DNA of 64,000 nt from an uncultured Actinomycetes bacterium (GTDB lineage Bacteria; Actinomycetota; UBA4738; HRBIN12), in NCBI GenBank assembly GCA_963736335.1, contig CAVTOC010000006.1:1122828-1186827 (forward strand). The letters are read 5' to 3'. Of this stretch, positions 39,212 through 48,864 are shown in pieces (position 1 is the stretch's first letter; each line of letters opens with the position of its first letter). Under the pieces are notes generated by a model. The model was not told where the DNA came from. It ran no database searches and saw only the letters and a list, made by a program, of their open reading frames with translations. Both the position numbers and the translations under genes were made by a program.

Positions 39212-39916
39212 CTAAGCTTCGCCCGGCCCCGGGAGCTCGTCCTCGAATGTCCAGGACGGGAACCGCTCTCGCAGGTCGGACAGGTTCTTTCGCCAGTCGC
39301 TCGCATCGGCGACGCTGAGCGGATCCAGGAGAGCGACGCCCTCCTGGAGCCGGTAGCCCCATGAGAACCCGCAGATCGGCCGGATGACTTTGCTCAACAC
39401 CGCATCCGGCGTGTAGACGAGGAAGGTATCGGCATGCCATGTCGCGTCCTTCGCGCCCATGGCGGGGGCGTCGAAGAACGTTGGGCGCACTCCGAACGCG
39501 GCGTACGGGGTGTCGGTCTCGGCGAGCTGAGGCGGCACATCGAACACGGTGACCTGCTCTTCCTCACCGGGGTCGCGAACGTCATAGCGAACGACCTGGA
39601 GCCAGCCCATCGCTGCGGCATAGCCTTCCGCGGGGTGTTCCACGGTGGCTTGCACGATCGGGAAGCCTCGCACCAGCTCGGGACTGCACCATTCCAGCCC
39701 CAGCACCGGCCATCCCCAGCGGACCGGATCCTCATCGACGCCATGCCGCACGGAGACCGTGCCGCCGGCTCCGCGCAGTTGGAAGGGATCGTGGTGCTGT
39801 CCAAGCCGTTCGCCACGACTCGGTACTAGGTCAGATGTGCAGGCGACTTCCGAGAGGGATCTGGCGCGGGCGGTCTCCGGCCTGGTCGAGACGGCGACGA
39901 TCGACGCGCTGCGCAC
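39212..39916 (-). CDS. Hypothetical protein
   Basis: 234-aa ORF in the PadR gene string. No motif I can name. The start is uncertain. Confidence 0.4.
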   Translation of the reverse strand: MRSASIVAVSTRPETARARSLSEVACTSDLVPSRGERLGQHHDPFQLRGAGGTVSVRHGVDEDPVRWGWPVLGLEWCSPELVRGFPIVQATVEHPAEGYAAAMGWLQVVRYDVRDPGEEEQVTVFDVPPQLAETDTPYAAFGVRPTFFDAPAMGAKDATWHADTFLVYTPDAVLSKVIRPICGFSWGYRLQEGVALLDPLSVADASDWRKNLSDLRERFPSWTFEDELPGPGEA

Positions 39917-39927
39917 GGCCTGAACCG

Positions 39928-40893
39928 CTACGGGTTGTGGCTGCGCTCAGGGTGAGGACCGGCGTGACCGCCGAGGGCGCCGAACACGAACCCGATGAGC
40001 GGGAACAGCAGCAGGACGCTGATGAGTGCGGTGTCGACGTTCTCGCTCGAAACGAAGCCGGCGATCGTACGGAAGTGCGTGTGGTAGCTCGCGAAGTGTT
40101 CGGGGCTGAAGGTCTCCCGATATTGGCTGATCGTCGCCGGATCGTGCGCGAACCATCCGCTCGCCCACACCGTGGCCGCGAGCAATCCGATGGCCAGGAT
40201 CGATCCGGCAACGCGACCCGCCCACACGCCCGCCTCGTGACCGCTCGCGCTGTCGCCGCTCGCTCGTGCCGCCATGACCCCGGTCAGCACGCAACCGACC
40301 AGCATCAGCGGGAACGGCAGGATGGCGGCCACGCTACTCACCGACGGTGACGAAACGCCGGGAAGGGGCAGCGACAGTAGCAACGCCAGGGCGCCGAGGA
40401 AGATCCCGGCCGTGATCCCGGAGCGACGAGCCGAGGCGGCGCGTGTCGACGCCTCTCGCGCTCGCCGATCGACCAGCCACGCGTGGAGCGCGATGAGCGC
40501 AAGGAAGAGTGCTGTGACCGTGATCTCGTAGGAGGCCCCTTGCTTTCCGACGGCGGATGCAGCTTCCGCTCGTCGTTGCACCACGATGCCCAGACCGATC
40601 ACCGCTCCCACCACAGCGACGATGGCGATGCGCACCGCCGGCGCGGCACTCCCGTCCGCGAGCGGAGGGAGCAAGGCGGTACGGGCGCACCCGAGCGCGA
40701 ATCGCAATCGGGTGCGTCTATCGTCGAGCGCCGATAGCTCGGCGGCCATGGCCCGACCCCAATCAGGCCGGGCGGACGCGAGTCGTCTCGCCGAGAGATC
40801 GACGATCGCCGCCGACAGATCGCCCGCATCGGCGACCGTCCGGCGCCATCCCACCGCGACCAGTAGCAGGGCCACCAGACCGATCGCGATCAC
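39928..40893 (-). CDS. Integral membrane protein co-transcribed with PadR
   Basis: GTG 40893 overlaps the PadR stop (GTGA). Several TM helices. This matches the usual PadR-plus-membrane-partner arrangement. Confidence 0.6.
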   Translation of the reverse strand: MIAIGLVALLLVAVGWRRTVADAGDLSAAIVDLSARRLASARPDWGRAMAAELSALDDRRTRLRFALGCARTALLPPLADGSAAPAVRIAIVAVVGAVIGLGIVVQRRAEAASAVGKQGASYEITVTALFLALIALHAWLVDRRAREASTRAASARRSGITAGIFLGALALLLSLPLPGVSSPSVSSVAAILPFPLMLVGCVLTGVMAARASGDSASGHEAGVWAGRVAGSILAIGLLAATVWASGWFAHDPATISQYRETFSPEHFASYHTHFRTIAGFVSSENVDTALISVLLLFPLIGFVFGALGGHAGPHPERSHNP

Positions 40894-41225
40894 GGAGCCA
40901 CCTCGATCCCGAAGGCGGTCCGTGGCCGCCGACCGGCCGAGGTTCGCGGCCGCGCCGCGTCGCGCGCCCGCACAGCGGCCTCCAGCCCGGTCGCGCCCAG
41001 CCGGTAGAGATGACGAGGTGGGCGGCCGGCCGGCGGCTCCCGCTCCCACCGCGACTCCAACAGCCCGATGTCCGACAACCGCATCAAGATCGGATACAGC
41101 GACCCCGATTTCAGGCCGACCTCGGCGCCCAGCTCGTAGCCGTATCGCCATTCCGCGGGCTGCTCGCCGAGCGCGATCAGCACCCGGGACGTCTGCGGTG
41201 AGAAGGATCGGCTACCGTCGGTCAC
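40890..41225 (-). CDS. PadR family transcriptional regulator
   Basis: VLIALGEQPAEWRYGYELGAEVGLKSGSLYPILMRLSDIGLLESRWE. Confidence 0.85.
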   Translation of the reverse strand: MTDGSRSFSPQTSRVLIALGEQPAEWRYGYELGAEVGLKSGSLYPILMRLSDIGLLESRWEREPPAGRPPRHLYRLGATGLEAAVRARDAARPRTSAGRRPRTAFGIEVAP

Positions 41226-41234
41226 CAGCGAACT

Positions 41235-41246
41235 CTACATATGTAG
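41235..41246. promoter_or_regulatory. Perfect 12-bp palindrome, candidate PadR operator
   Basis: CTACATATGTAG lies 10 nt upstream of the PadR start codon. It has ATGT/ACAT half sites, as in known PadR operators. Confidence 0.5.
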
Positions 41247-41395
41247 GGTCGTCGAGCGCAAGGGGGTGGTTGGGCAGGTTTCACCACGTGCCGGCTCGAC
41301 CATGGAGATACCCGTTCACCGTCTACGATGCCCCGAGTGCGAACGAGTCGCACCCCCGCGCACTAACCCGCAACCACACGTCTGAAGGAGGAACC

Positions 41396-41755
41396 GTGAG
41401 TGAGCTTCTGGGTATCGCTCGATTCAAGTTCAACGAAGGCAAGCGTGAGGAGTTCGAACGCTTGTCCTCTCAGGCGATGGAGATCGTGCGGACCAAGGAC
41501 TCCGGAACCCTGCAATACGACACCTTCTTCAACGACGACCGATCCGAGTGCGTGATCATCGAGCGCTACCGGGACTCCGAGGCGGCCATGGAGCACGCGG
41601 CGAACCTCGCCGATATATCGGCAAAGGTCCTCGAGACGGTATCCGTCGTTCACGGCGAGCTCCTGGGTGAGCCGAGTGCGGAGCTGCGAGCGAAGCTGGC
41701 CGACATCGAGGTTCCGCAACTCTTCACGCTGTACGAGTCGATGGATCCTCGTTGA
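41396..41755 (+). CDS. Antibiotic biosynthesis monooxygenase (ABM)-fold protein
   Basis: GTG after GAAGGAGG. GIARFKFNEGKREEFERL...TLQYDTFFNDDRSECVIIERYRDSEAAMEH. Confidence 0.65.
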   Translation: MSELLGIARFKFNEGKREEFERLSSQAMEIVRTKDSGTLQYDTFFNDDRSECVIIERYRDSEAAMEHAANLADISAKVLETVSVVHGELLGEPSAELRAKLADIEVPQLFTLYESMDPR

Positions 41756-41855
41756 AAGAGATCCGGGGGCGATGTCGGATCGAGGCAGGGGTGTTCGTAG
41801 CAAGGGTGAGCGGCACCCACGAGGGGCGCCACCCACGCACCGGAGGTGATCGGAG

Positions 41856-42179
41856 ATGCAGTACCTGTTTTCCGTGATCGACGACGGCACCGGCCCGGCC
41901 ACACCGACCGAGGACGCTGCCATCGACGTGTTCAACGACCGGCTCAAGGCCGATGGTCAGTGGGTCTTCGCCGGCGGACTCGGGTCGCCCGACCCGGCCA
42001 CCGTCGTCGACAACCGGGATGGGAAGCCGGTGTTCACCGACGGGCCCTTCGTGGAGTCGAAGGAGTACCTCGCCGGCTTCTGGATCATCGAGGCTCCCGA
42101 CCTGGACGTGGCGCTCAAGCTCGCCACCGAGGGCTCCAAGGCATGCAACCGGAAGGTCGAGGTGCGGCCGTTCCTGTGA
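41856..42179 (+). CDS. YciI family protein
   Basis: MQYLFSVIDD...FTDGPFVESKEYLAGFWIIEAPDLDVALKLA. Confidence 0.8.
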   Translation: MQYLFSVIDDGTGPATPTEDAAIDVFNDRLKADGQWVFAGGLGSPDPATVVDNRDGKPVFTDGPFVESKEYLAGFWIIEAPDLDVALKLATEGSKACNRKVEVRPFL

Positions 42180-43411
42180 TGAGTGCGCTCGACGTCGGGG
42201 AGGCGATCACGCGTGTCCACCACGAGGAGTGGGCGCGGGTGGTCGCCTCCCTGACCCGGCGCTTCGGCGACCTCGACATCGCCGAGGAGGCGGCGGCCGA
42301 GGCGTTCGCGACCGCCGTCGAGCGGTGGCCGGCCGACGGCGTTCCCCCCAACCCCGGCGGCTGGCTGACCACCACCGCCACCCGCAAGGCCATCGACCGG
42401 ATCCGGCGCGAGCACAAGCGCGACGACAAACAGGAGGAGGCTCGGATGTTGGGGAACGACGACCCGACCGAGCCCCTCGGCGCCATCGAGGACGACCGGC
42501 TCCGGCTGATCTTCACCTGCTGTCACCCGGCGCTCGCGATGGAGACCCGCGTGGCGCTGACGCTGCGGATGGTCGGCGGTCTGACCGTGCACGAGATCGC
42601 CCGTGCCTTCCTGACGCAGGAGACCGCCATGGGGCAGCGGATCACCCGCGCGAAAGCCAAGATCAAGGCGGCTCGCATCCCGTATCGGGTGCCGTCCGCT
42701 GAGGATCTCCCGGCACGCGTCTCGGGCGTGCTCGCCGTCCTCTTCCTCGTCTTCAACGAGGGCTACCTGGCGAGCGGCCCCGACACCGATCCCGTGCGTC
42801 ACGACCTGACCGCCGAGGCGATCCGGCTCACCCGCCTGGTCCGTGCGCTCATGCCGGAGGACGGCGAGGTGGCCGGACTGCTGGCGCTGATGCTCCTCAC
42901 CGAGGCCCGCCGCACGGCGCGGATCTCGGCGAGCGGCGAACTGGTCCCCCTCGACGAGCAGGACCGCAGGGCCTGGGACGCGGCACTCGTCGCCGAAGGG
43001 CATCGGCTGGTGCGCGAGCGCCTGGCCGCCGGGGTGGCTCCGGGTCGCTACCAGATCCTCGCGGCCATCAACGCCGTCCACACCTCCGCCCGCGAGATGC
43101 GCGACACCGACTGGTCGCAGATCGTCGCCCTCTACGACCAGCTCGTCCGCCTCGACCCGTCCCCGATCGTCGCCCTCAACCGGGCCATCGCGATCGCCGA
43201 GCTCGACGGCCCGGAGGTGGCGCTGGCCGCCGTCGACCGCCAGGACGACACGTTGGCCGGCTATCACGCGTATCACGCGACCCGCGCCGACCTGCTGCGA
43301 CGGCTGGGCCGCGATCGAGGAGTCGCGCGCGGCGTACGACCGAGCCATCGAGCTGGCGGGCAACACCGCCGAGACCGCCTACCTGACGCGCCGCCGCGAT
43401 CAGCTGGCGTG
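42179..43411 (+). pseudogene. ECF-type RNA polymerase sigma factor (YciI-associated, long C-terminal domain), frameshifted near the 3' end
   Basis: GGWLTTTATRKAIDRIRRE...LIFTCCHPAL...LTVHEIARAFL. The expected tail EESRAAYDRAIELAGNTAETAYLTRRRDQLA* is in another frame from about 43311-43317. ATG 42179 overlaps the YciI stop. Confidence 0.75.
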
Positions 43412-43508
43412 AGAACTTTCTATCGGCCGCCTGTCGGATCCGGGGCGAGGCGTTCGTAGAGCAGGTGAGCGGCGGCCGGAGGAAGCTGCCGGGACAAGGA
43501 GGGATGGG

Positions 43509-43850
43509 ATGGCGCGGTACCTGATCTCGTTCGATAGCGGTGCGATGGACCACATCCCCGAGGAGGACATCGCCGACGTGGGCGAGGCCGCGCACGAGGT
43601 GGTCTTCGCGGCGCAGGACGCCGGCGCGTGGGTCTTCGGCGGCGGGCTGGAGCGGCAGCAGGCGAGCATCGTGGCCACCGACGGAACGATCACCGACGGC
43701 CCCTACCCGGAGACCAAGGAGGTCATCGGCGGGTTCGCGGTCGTCGACGTGCCCTCACGCGAGGAGGCGCTGGAGTGGGCGGCCAAGATCGCCGTCGCGT
43801 GTCGCTGTTCGCAGGAGGTGCGTGAGCTCCTGCCCGACCCGACCGTCTGA
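43509..43850 (+). CDS. YciI family protein
   Basis: ITDGPYPETKEVIGGFAVVDVPSREEALEWAAKIA. Confidence 0.8.
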   Translation: MARYLISFDSGAMDHIPEEDIADVGEAAHEVVFAAQDAGAWVFGGGLERQQASIVATDGTITDGPYPETKEVIGGFAVVDVPSREEALEWAAKIAVACRCSQEVRELLPDPTV

Positions 43851-43864
43851 TCGAAGGAGGAGAC

Positions 43865-44230
43865 ATGACCGAATACCTCATCGCCTTCAACGACGAGTGG
43901 GTGCCCGACCACACGGACGAGGAGATGCGCGAGAAGTCCAAGGCCGTCAGGGCGTTGCGGGAAGAGATGAACGAAGCCGGGGTGCTCATCTACACCAACG
44001 GCCTGGACCCGGATGCCCCGGTGTTCAGCGTCGATGCGTCGAGCGGCACGCCACTGTTCACCGACGGTCCGTACGTCGAGTCCAAGGAGCACCTCGGCGG
44101 CTTCGCCGTCGTGACGGTGGACGACGAGGAGGCGGCGCGGCTGTGGGCGGGAAAGGTCGCGGTGGCCTGCGGTTGGCCGCAGGAAGTGCGACGTTTCCAG
44201 GTCCCCATGCAACGCCCCGCGGCCTCGTGA
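43865..44230 (+). CDS. YciI family protein
   Basis: FTDGPYVESKEHLGGFAVVTVDDEEAARLWAGKVA. Confidence 0.8.
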   Translation: MTEYLIAFNDEWVPDHTDEEMREKSKAVRALREEMNEAGVLIYTNGLDPDAPVFSVDASSGTPLFTDGPYVESKEHLGGFAVVTVDDEEAARLWAGKVAVACGWPQEVRRFQVPMQRPAAS

Positions 44231-44262
44231 CGGAGTCGGCGGGCGTCGCGGACGCGACCGGT

Positions 44263-44532
44263 CTACTGCTTGACGTACACCACCATCGTCGATGGGATCA
44301 TCCCGGCTCGCTCCGCCGCCGCCTTCAGTTCCGGAGCGAACGAGCCCTGGGCTGCCATGAAGGCCTCCATGTCAGGGACGTCCCATGTGCTGGCGACCTG
44401 GTTGCTGCCATCTGAGGCGACGTAGCTGGCCCCGTCCGACGCCACCGCCGACATCGCGGGGACCATGTCTGCCTTGAACTTCAACCACTCCTCGACATCG
44501 TTGACCGCCGCGGTGACGATGATCTGGGGCAT
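44263..44532 (-). CDS. Hypothetical small protein
   Basis: 89-aa ORF with normal codon bias. No motif recognised. Confidence 0.4.
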   Translation of the reverse strand: MPQIIVTAAVNDVEEWLKFKADMVPAMSAVASDGASYVASDGSNQVASTWDVPDMEAFMAAQGSFAPELKAAAERAGMIPSTMVVYVKQ

Positions 44533-44693
44533 GACGAGTCTCCCTTCGGGATGCCGGCCGGCTCAGGCGGCGAGTATAGGAGACCGAGGTGCTGACCGGG
44601 GAGCGCGATGCCCAGGGAGAGCGGGCCGTTCGACCCTGAGCGACCCGTGAAGTCGGAACCTACGCTTCCTGTGTCCGATCGCGAGGAGGGGAG

Positions 44694-45443
44694 GTGTTGG
44701 TTCCAGCGGAAACCGAGACCGATCGGCTCCGATCGGCGGCGGTGACCACCGGCGTGCTGTTCATCGTCGCGACGGCGGCAAGCGTCGCCGGTTCCGCGCT
44801 TTCGGGTCCCGTCTTGGACCGTACGAACTCCCTCGCACGCCTCTCCGCCGACGCGAACCGAGTGGACGCCGGTCTGCTCCTTCAGTTCATCGCGGCTGGG
44901 GCGAGCGTCGGCATCGCCCTGGCCATGTATCCGGTGCTGAGGACGTGGGGCCGAGGGCTTTCGCTCGGGTCAGTGGTGTTCCGAACGATCGAGGCCCTGC
45001 TGTACATCGTCGCGGTCGTGAGTGCGCTGTCGTTGCTCAGCGTTGCTCAGCGCTTCTTGAGCGCGGAGGCTGCGCAGCGGGCGTCCTTACAGGTGGTTGG
45101 CGATGCGCTGCTGGACGTCCGCGACCAGGCCAACCTCGCCGCGGTGATGGCCTTCAGCGTGGGGGCACTCATGTACTACTACCTGCTCTACCACTCGCGA
45201 CTCGTGCCCCGTTGGCTGTCGGGCTGGGGGATCCTCGCGATCGTCCTCACGCTCGTGGCGTGTCTGTTGGCGCTGTTCGGCCATCATCCCGTCACGACCT
45301 ACGTGCCCCTGGTGCTCCCGATCGCGGTACAAGAGATGGTCTTGGCCGTGTGGCTGATCGCGAAGGGGTTCGCGTCCCCCGGACATCTCGCCGTGTCGCT
45401 TCTGGAGGGAACCGACACCCGCGTCCCAGTCTCAACGCGGTGA
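44694..45443 (+). CDS. DUF4386-like membrane protein
   Basis: About 6 TM helices. YYYLLYHSRLVPRWLSGWGILA is reminiscent of DUF4386. Confidence 0.5.
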   Translation: MLVPAETETDRLRSAAVTTGVLFIVATAASVAGSALSGPVLDRTNSLARLSADANRVDAGLLLQFIAAGASVGIALAMYPVLRTWGRGLSLGSVVFRTIEALLYIVAVVSALSLLSVAQRFLSAEAAQRASLQVVGDALLDVRDQANLAAVMAFSVGALMYYYLLYHSRLVPRWLSGWGILAIVLTLVACLLALFGHHPVTTYVPLVLPIAVQEMVLAVWLIAKGFASPGHLAVSLLEGTDTRVPVSTR

Positions 45444-45489
45444 CGACGCGCCGGGCTGCGTGTCCAACTTGACCCACTGACGGCATAGG

Positions 45490-46167
45490 ATGCTCCCCGG
45501 CATGGACAAGTCTGATCCGTCGTACAAGGGGCAGTCCGGGTACAACGCGGCGATGCTCGCGATCTACGACGTGTGGGTGCTGAAGTTCATGACGAAGGCG
45601 GTCTGGAAGGTTCCCGTCGCACAGGGCGTCGACATGTATCGACAGCACATGGGGCACCGGCACCTCGACGTTGGGCCTGGGACCGGCTACTTCATCGAGG
45701 AGGCGGACCCGCCCCGCGACACGGAGATCACGCTCCTGGACCCCAATCAGACCGTGCTTCGCCACGTGGCGAAGCGACTCGAGGAACGGCATCCGATCAC
45801 CGTTGAGGCCGACGTGATGAAGCCCCTCCCGGTCGACGGACCGTTCGACTCCGCGGCTCTCAGCTTCGTACTTCACTGCCTTCGCGGGCCGGAGGGGAAC
45901 AAGGCGGTCGCCGTGAGGAACATCGCGGATGTCCTCGGCCCGGAGGGGGTCCTGTTCGGCGGGACGGTCCTCGGTCTGCAGGGCAACCACACGAAGCCCG
46001 CGCGCGCGTTCCTGCGAGCAGCCAACAAGCAAGGGGGCTTCGACAACGTGGACGACACGGCTGAGGGGCTCCGCCGCATCCTGGAGATGTCCTTCAGCGC
46101 CGTGGATGTCGACGTCGTCGGTTCTGCGGCCCTCTTCGTCGCGGCCAAGCCACGGTCCCGTTCCTAG
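45490..46167 (+). CDS. Class I SAM-dependent methyltransferase
   Basis: Motif I LDVGPGTGYF, then LLDPN, then post-motif GGTVLG. Confidence 0.75.
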   Translation: MLPGMDKSDPSYKGQSGYNAAMLAIYDVWVLKFMTKAVWKVPVAQGVDMYRQHMGHRHLDVGPGTGYFIEEADPPRDTEITLLDPNQTVLRHVAKRLEERHPITVEADVMKPLPVDGPFDSAALSFVLHCLRGPEGNKAVAVRNIADVLGPEGVLFGGTVLGLQGNHTKPARAFLRAANKQGGFDNVDDTAEGLRRILEMSFSAVDVDVVGSAALFVAAKPRSRS

Positions 46168-46269
46168 ACGAGCCCGATGTCCCAGGTACCGAGTCATCCT
46201 TCCGTCCGTCTCGACCCGTTCGGGTGTTGGCTGCTCACCGTAGGATGCGCCGGGAGGAGGCGTTCAACG

Positions 46270-46855
46270 ATGGCGGATCCGATCGCGGACATCATCGGGG
46301 ACTATCGAGCGTTCGCAGCGATGCAGCGCGACCGTCTTGTCGCCCGCGGCATCGACATCGCACCCTATCCCCTCAGCCACCTCGCGTCCGCGTCGCCGAT
46401 TGGGACCTGTACGTCCAACAGCGCACACTCCTCGAGCGCCATGCGAGGTCGAACCGCGAGAACATCTGGAACGGGCGTCCCATCTCCTTGATCGTGCTCG
46501 CCGAGCCGCTCGAGGTCCTCGACGGGGCTCGGGTCTCGCGCATCGAGCTCATCCCGCCCGTTCACCAGCGCGTCTACCGGATGGGGCTCGAGCACCTCGG
46601 GGTGGTCGTCGGTGAGGGCTTCGACGACTTCTCGCGGATACATCGGGAAGTGCTCACCGGTCAGCAGTTCCAGAGTGCGGCGTCGATCCCGTGTACGTGC
46701 TGTTCGAGGACTTCACCCACGTGAAGTTCTACCGTCGCTCCTTCTTCGATGTGGTCGAGGACGCGGAAGGGCGCTTCGAGGGCTTCGTGCACGTCGACGA
46801 CTGGGTGCCGCAGCGGCTGGTCACGGCCACAGGCCCCAACCCGTTGCCGCGGTAG
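46270..46855 (+). pseudogene. YecM-like VOC-fold protein, two frameshifts
   Basis: MADPIADIIGDYRAFAAMQRDRLVARGIDIAPYPLSHLA | RVADWDLYVQQRTLLERHA...NGRPISLIVLAEPLEV... | PVYVLFEDFTHVKFYRRSFFDVV. Frame breaks at about 46388 and about 46675. Confidence 0.6.
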
Positions 46856-46866
46856 GAGGAGGGCGT

Positions 46867-47374
46867 ATGCCCAGCGACAGACTCCGCGTGTGCCCGCTCC
46901 GCGGTTCGGTCGATCCGCGCCTCGTGCGATTCAGTGCCGGGGCCACCGCCCTCACGCTCGCCGTCGTGTTGCTCATCGTGGATGTCGCTCGACCGTTGGC
47001 TCTCGGCCTGCTCGCCTCCCAGGTCGCCGTGTTCGCGTTCACCGCGTTCGTGAGTTTCCAGTGGTCGGTGTGGGCGCAGATCTTCGCCCGCTTCATCTGG
47101 CCGCGGATCGAAGCACCGACGGCACTGGAGGACGCCCGGCCGCCGAGGTTCGCCCAGTTCCTCGGCTTCGTGTTCACCGCCCTGGGGTTCACCTTCTTCG
47201 CGGTGGACATCGATGGTCCCGGCTACGGCCTGACCGGGCTCGCCTTCGGAGCATCAACCCTCAACGCAGCCACCGGATGGTGTTTGGGTTGCAAGGCCTA
47301 CCTCCTGTCCGTTGACCGCAGCCGTCCTGAGCGTGGTCGACCACCGACCGAACGCAACGGAAGCGCCCGGATAG
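46867..47374 (+). CDS. DUF4395-like membrane protein (3' end uncertain)
   Basis: ATG after GGAGGAGGG. VRFSAGATALTLAVVLL...LNAATGWCLGCKAYLL. The present frame runs on into the next gene, and a +1 frame gives TAG at 47372-47374. Confidence 0.5.
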
Positions 47375-47384
47375 GCTCTGGCGC

Positions 47385-48400
47385 ATGGCGGACCTGCATG
47401 ACGCTGTATCGCTGCCGAGGCCGAACGCACCGCGTTCTCCGGCGTGGTGCGGGTGGACCGACGCGGCGAGACCGACTCGCGCAGGCATACGGGCTCGCCG
47501 ACCGCGCGCCACGGGATCCCGAACACCGTCGACACCCGGTTCGTGACTCGCGAGCGGCGCGAAGGGCTTCACCGCGCTGGCGGTGATGTGCCTCGTCGAC
47601 GACGGCACCCTCGTGCTCGACACGACCGCACGCTCGGTGCTCGGCGACGACCTGCCGCTGATCGCCGACGACGTGACGGTCGAGCACCTGCTCGCGCACC
47701 GCTCGGGTATCGGCGACTACCTCGACGAGGACGAGACGGCCGACGTCAACTCCTACATGCTGCCCGTGCCCGTGCACGAGCTCGACGACGACCGAGCGGT
47801 ACCTCGCGGTGCTCGACGGCATCCCGACCGTTCGCCGCCCGGCGAGCGGTTCGCCTACAACAACGGCGGCTACGTCGTGCTCGCTCTGATCGCCGAGCGC
47901 GCGAGCGGGGTGCCGCTACCACGAGCTCGTGCGGCGAGCGCGGTGTGCGAGCCGGCGGGCATGCCGACACCGGCGTTCCTGCGCTCGGACGAGCTCCCGG
48001 GCGACGCCGCGCTCGGCTACCTGCGCGCCGACGGCCTGCGCACGAACGTGCTCCACCTGCCGGTGCTCGGCACGGCGACGGCGGCATCTACTCGACCGCC
48101 GCCGATCTCGCGCGCGTTCTGGGAAGCGCTGTTCGCCGGGCGGATCGTGGCGTCCGAGCTCGTCGCCGAGATGGTGCGCCCGCGCAGCGACTGGCCCGAG
48201 GAGGACCGCCGCTACGGGCTCGGGTTCCACGTGCACGCGCACGAGCGACGCCGTGTGGCTCGAGGGCTACGACGCGGGCGTGTCGTTCACGAGTACTGCA
48301 CCAGCACGATCGCCGGGCATCACGCCACACCGTGATCGCGAACTGGTCCGACGGCGCCTGGCCGTTCGTACCATTGCTCGACCGAGAGCTCGGGATCTAG
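47385..48400 (+). pseudogene. Serine hydrolase (beta-lactamase family), many frameshifts
   Basis: Conserved text is scattered over three frames: AFSGVVRVDRRGETD / AQAYGLADRA / GIPNTVDTRF / LASGAKGFTALAVMCLVDDG (S-x-x-K) / ERFAYNNGGYVVLA / GIYSTAADLA / GYDAGVSFTS / VIANWSDGAWP. Confidence 0.7.
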
Positions 48401-48435
48401 CGAACTGCGAGGATGGCGGCGTGGCGCTTCAACGG

Positions 48436-48858
48436 ATGGACAACGTCGGCATCGTGGTGGAATCGCTCGATGCCGCTATCGCGTTCTTCGCCGAGCTGGG
48501 CCTCGAACTCGAAGGGCGAGCCATGATCGAAGGAGACTGGTCAGGGCGCGTCACCGGACTGCGCGACCAGCGCGTCGAGATCGCCATGATGCGTACGCCT
48601 GACGGCCACGGCCGGCTGGAGCTCTCCCGATTTCTCACGCCGCCCGCCGTCGCCGATCACCGGAACGCCCCGGTGAACGCTCTGGGCTACCTGCGCGTCA
48701 TGTTCGCCGTGGACGACCTCGACGATACGCTCGCCCGGCTCCGCGAGCACGGCGCGCAGCTCGTCGACGAAGTGGTCCAGTACGAAGACGTGTATCGGCT
48801 CTGCTACGTCCGAGGTCCCGAGGGCATTCTCATCGGGCTGGCCGAGCAAATCGGCTGA
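48436..48858 (+). CDS. VOC family (glyoxalase/bleomycin-resistance fold) protein
   Basis: MDNVGIVVESLDAAIAFFAELGLELEG...GYLRVMFAVDDLDDTLARLREHGAQL. Confidence 0.75.
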   Translation: MDNVGIVVESLDAAIAFFAELGLELEGRAMIEGDWSGRVTGLRDQRVEIAMMRTPDGHGRLELSRFLTPPAVADHRNAPVNALGYLRVMFAVDDLDDTLARLREHGAQLVDEVVQYEDVYRLCYVRGPEGILIGLAEQIG

Positions 48859-48864
48859 CGCCCG

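Noticed and set aside
44533-44693. Possible riboswitch or structured leader upstream of the DUF4386-like gene
   Set aside because: I could not match it to any riboswitch consensus I know (TPP, cobalamin, ZTP, SAM). It is only generic GC-rich sequence. A covariance-model scan would be needed.
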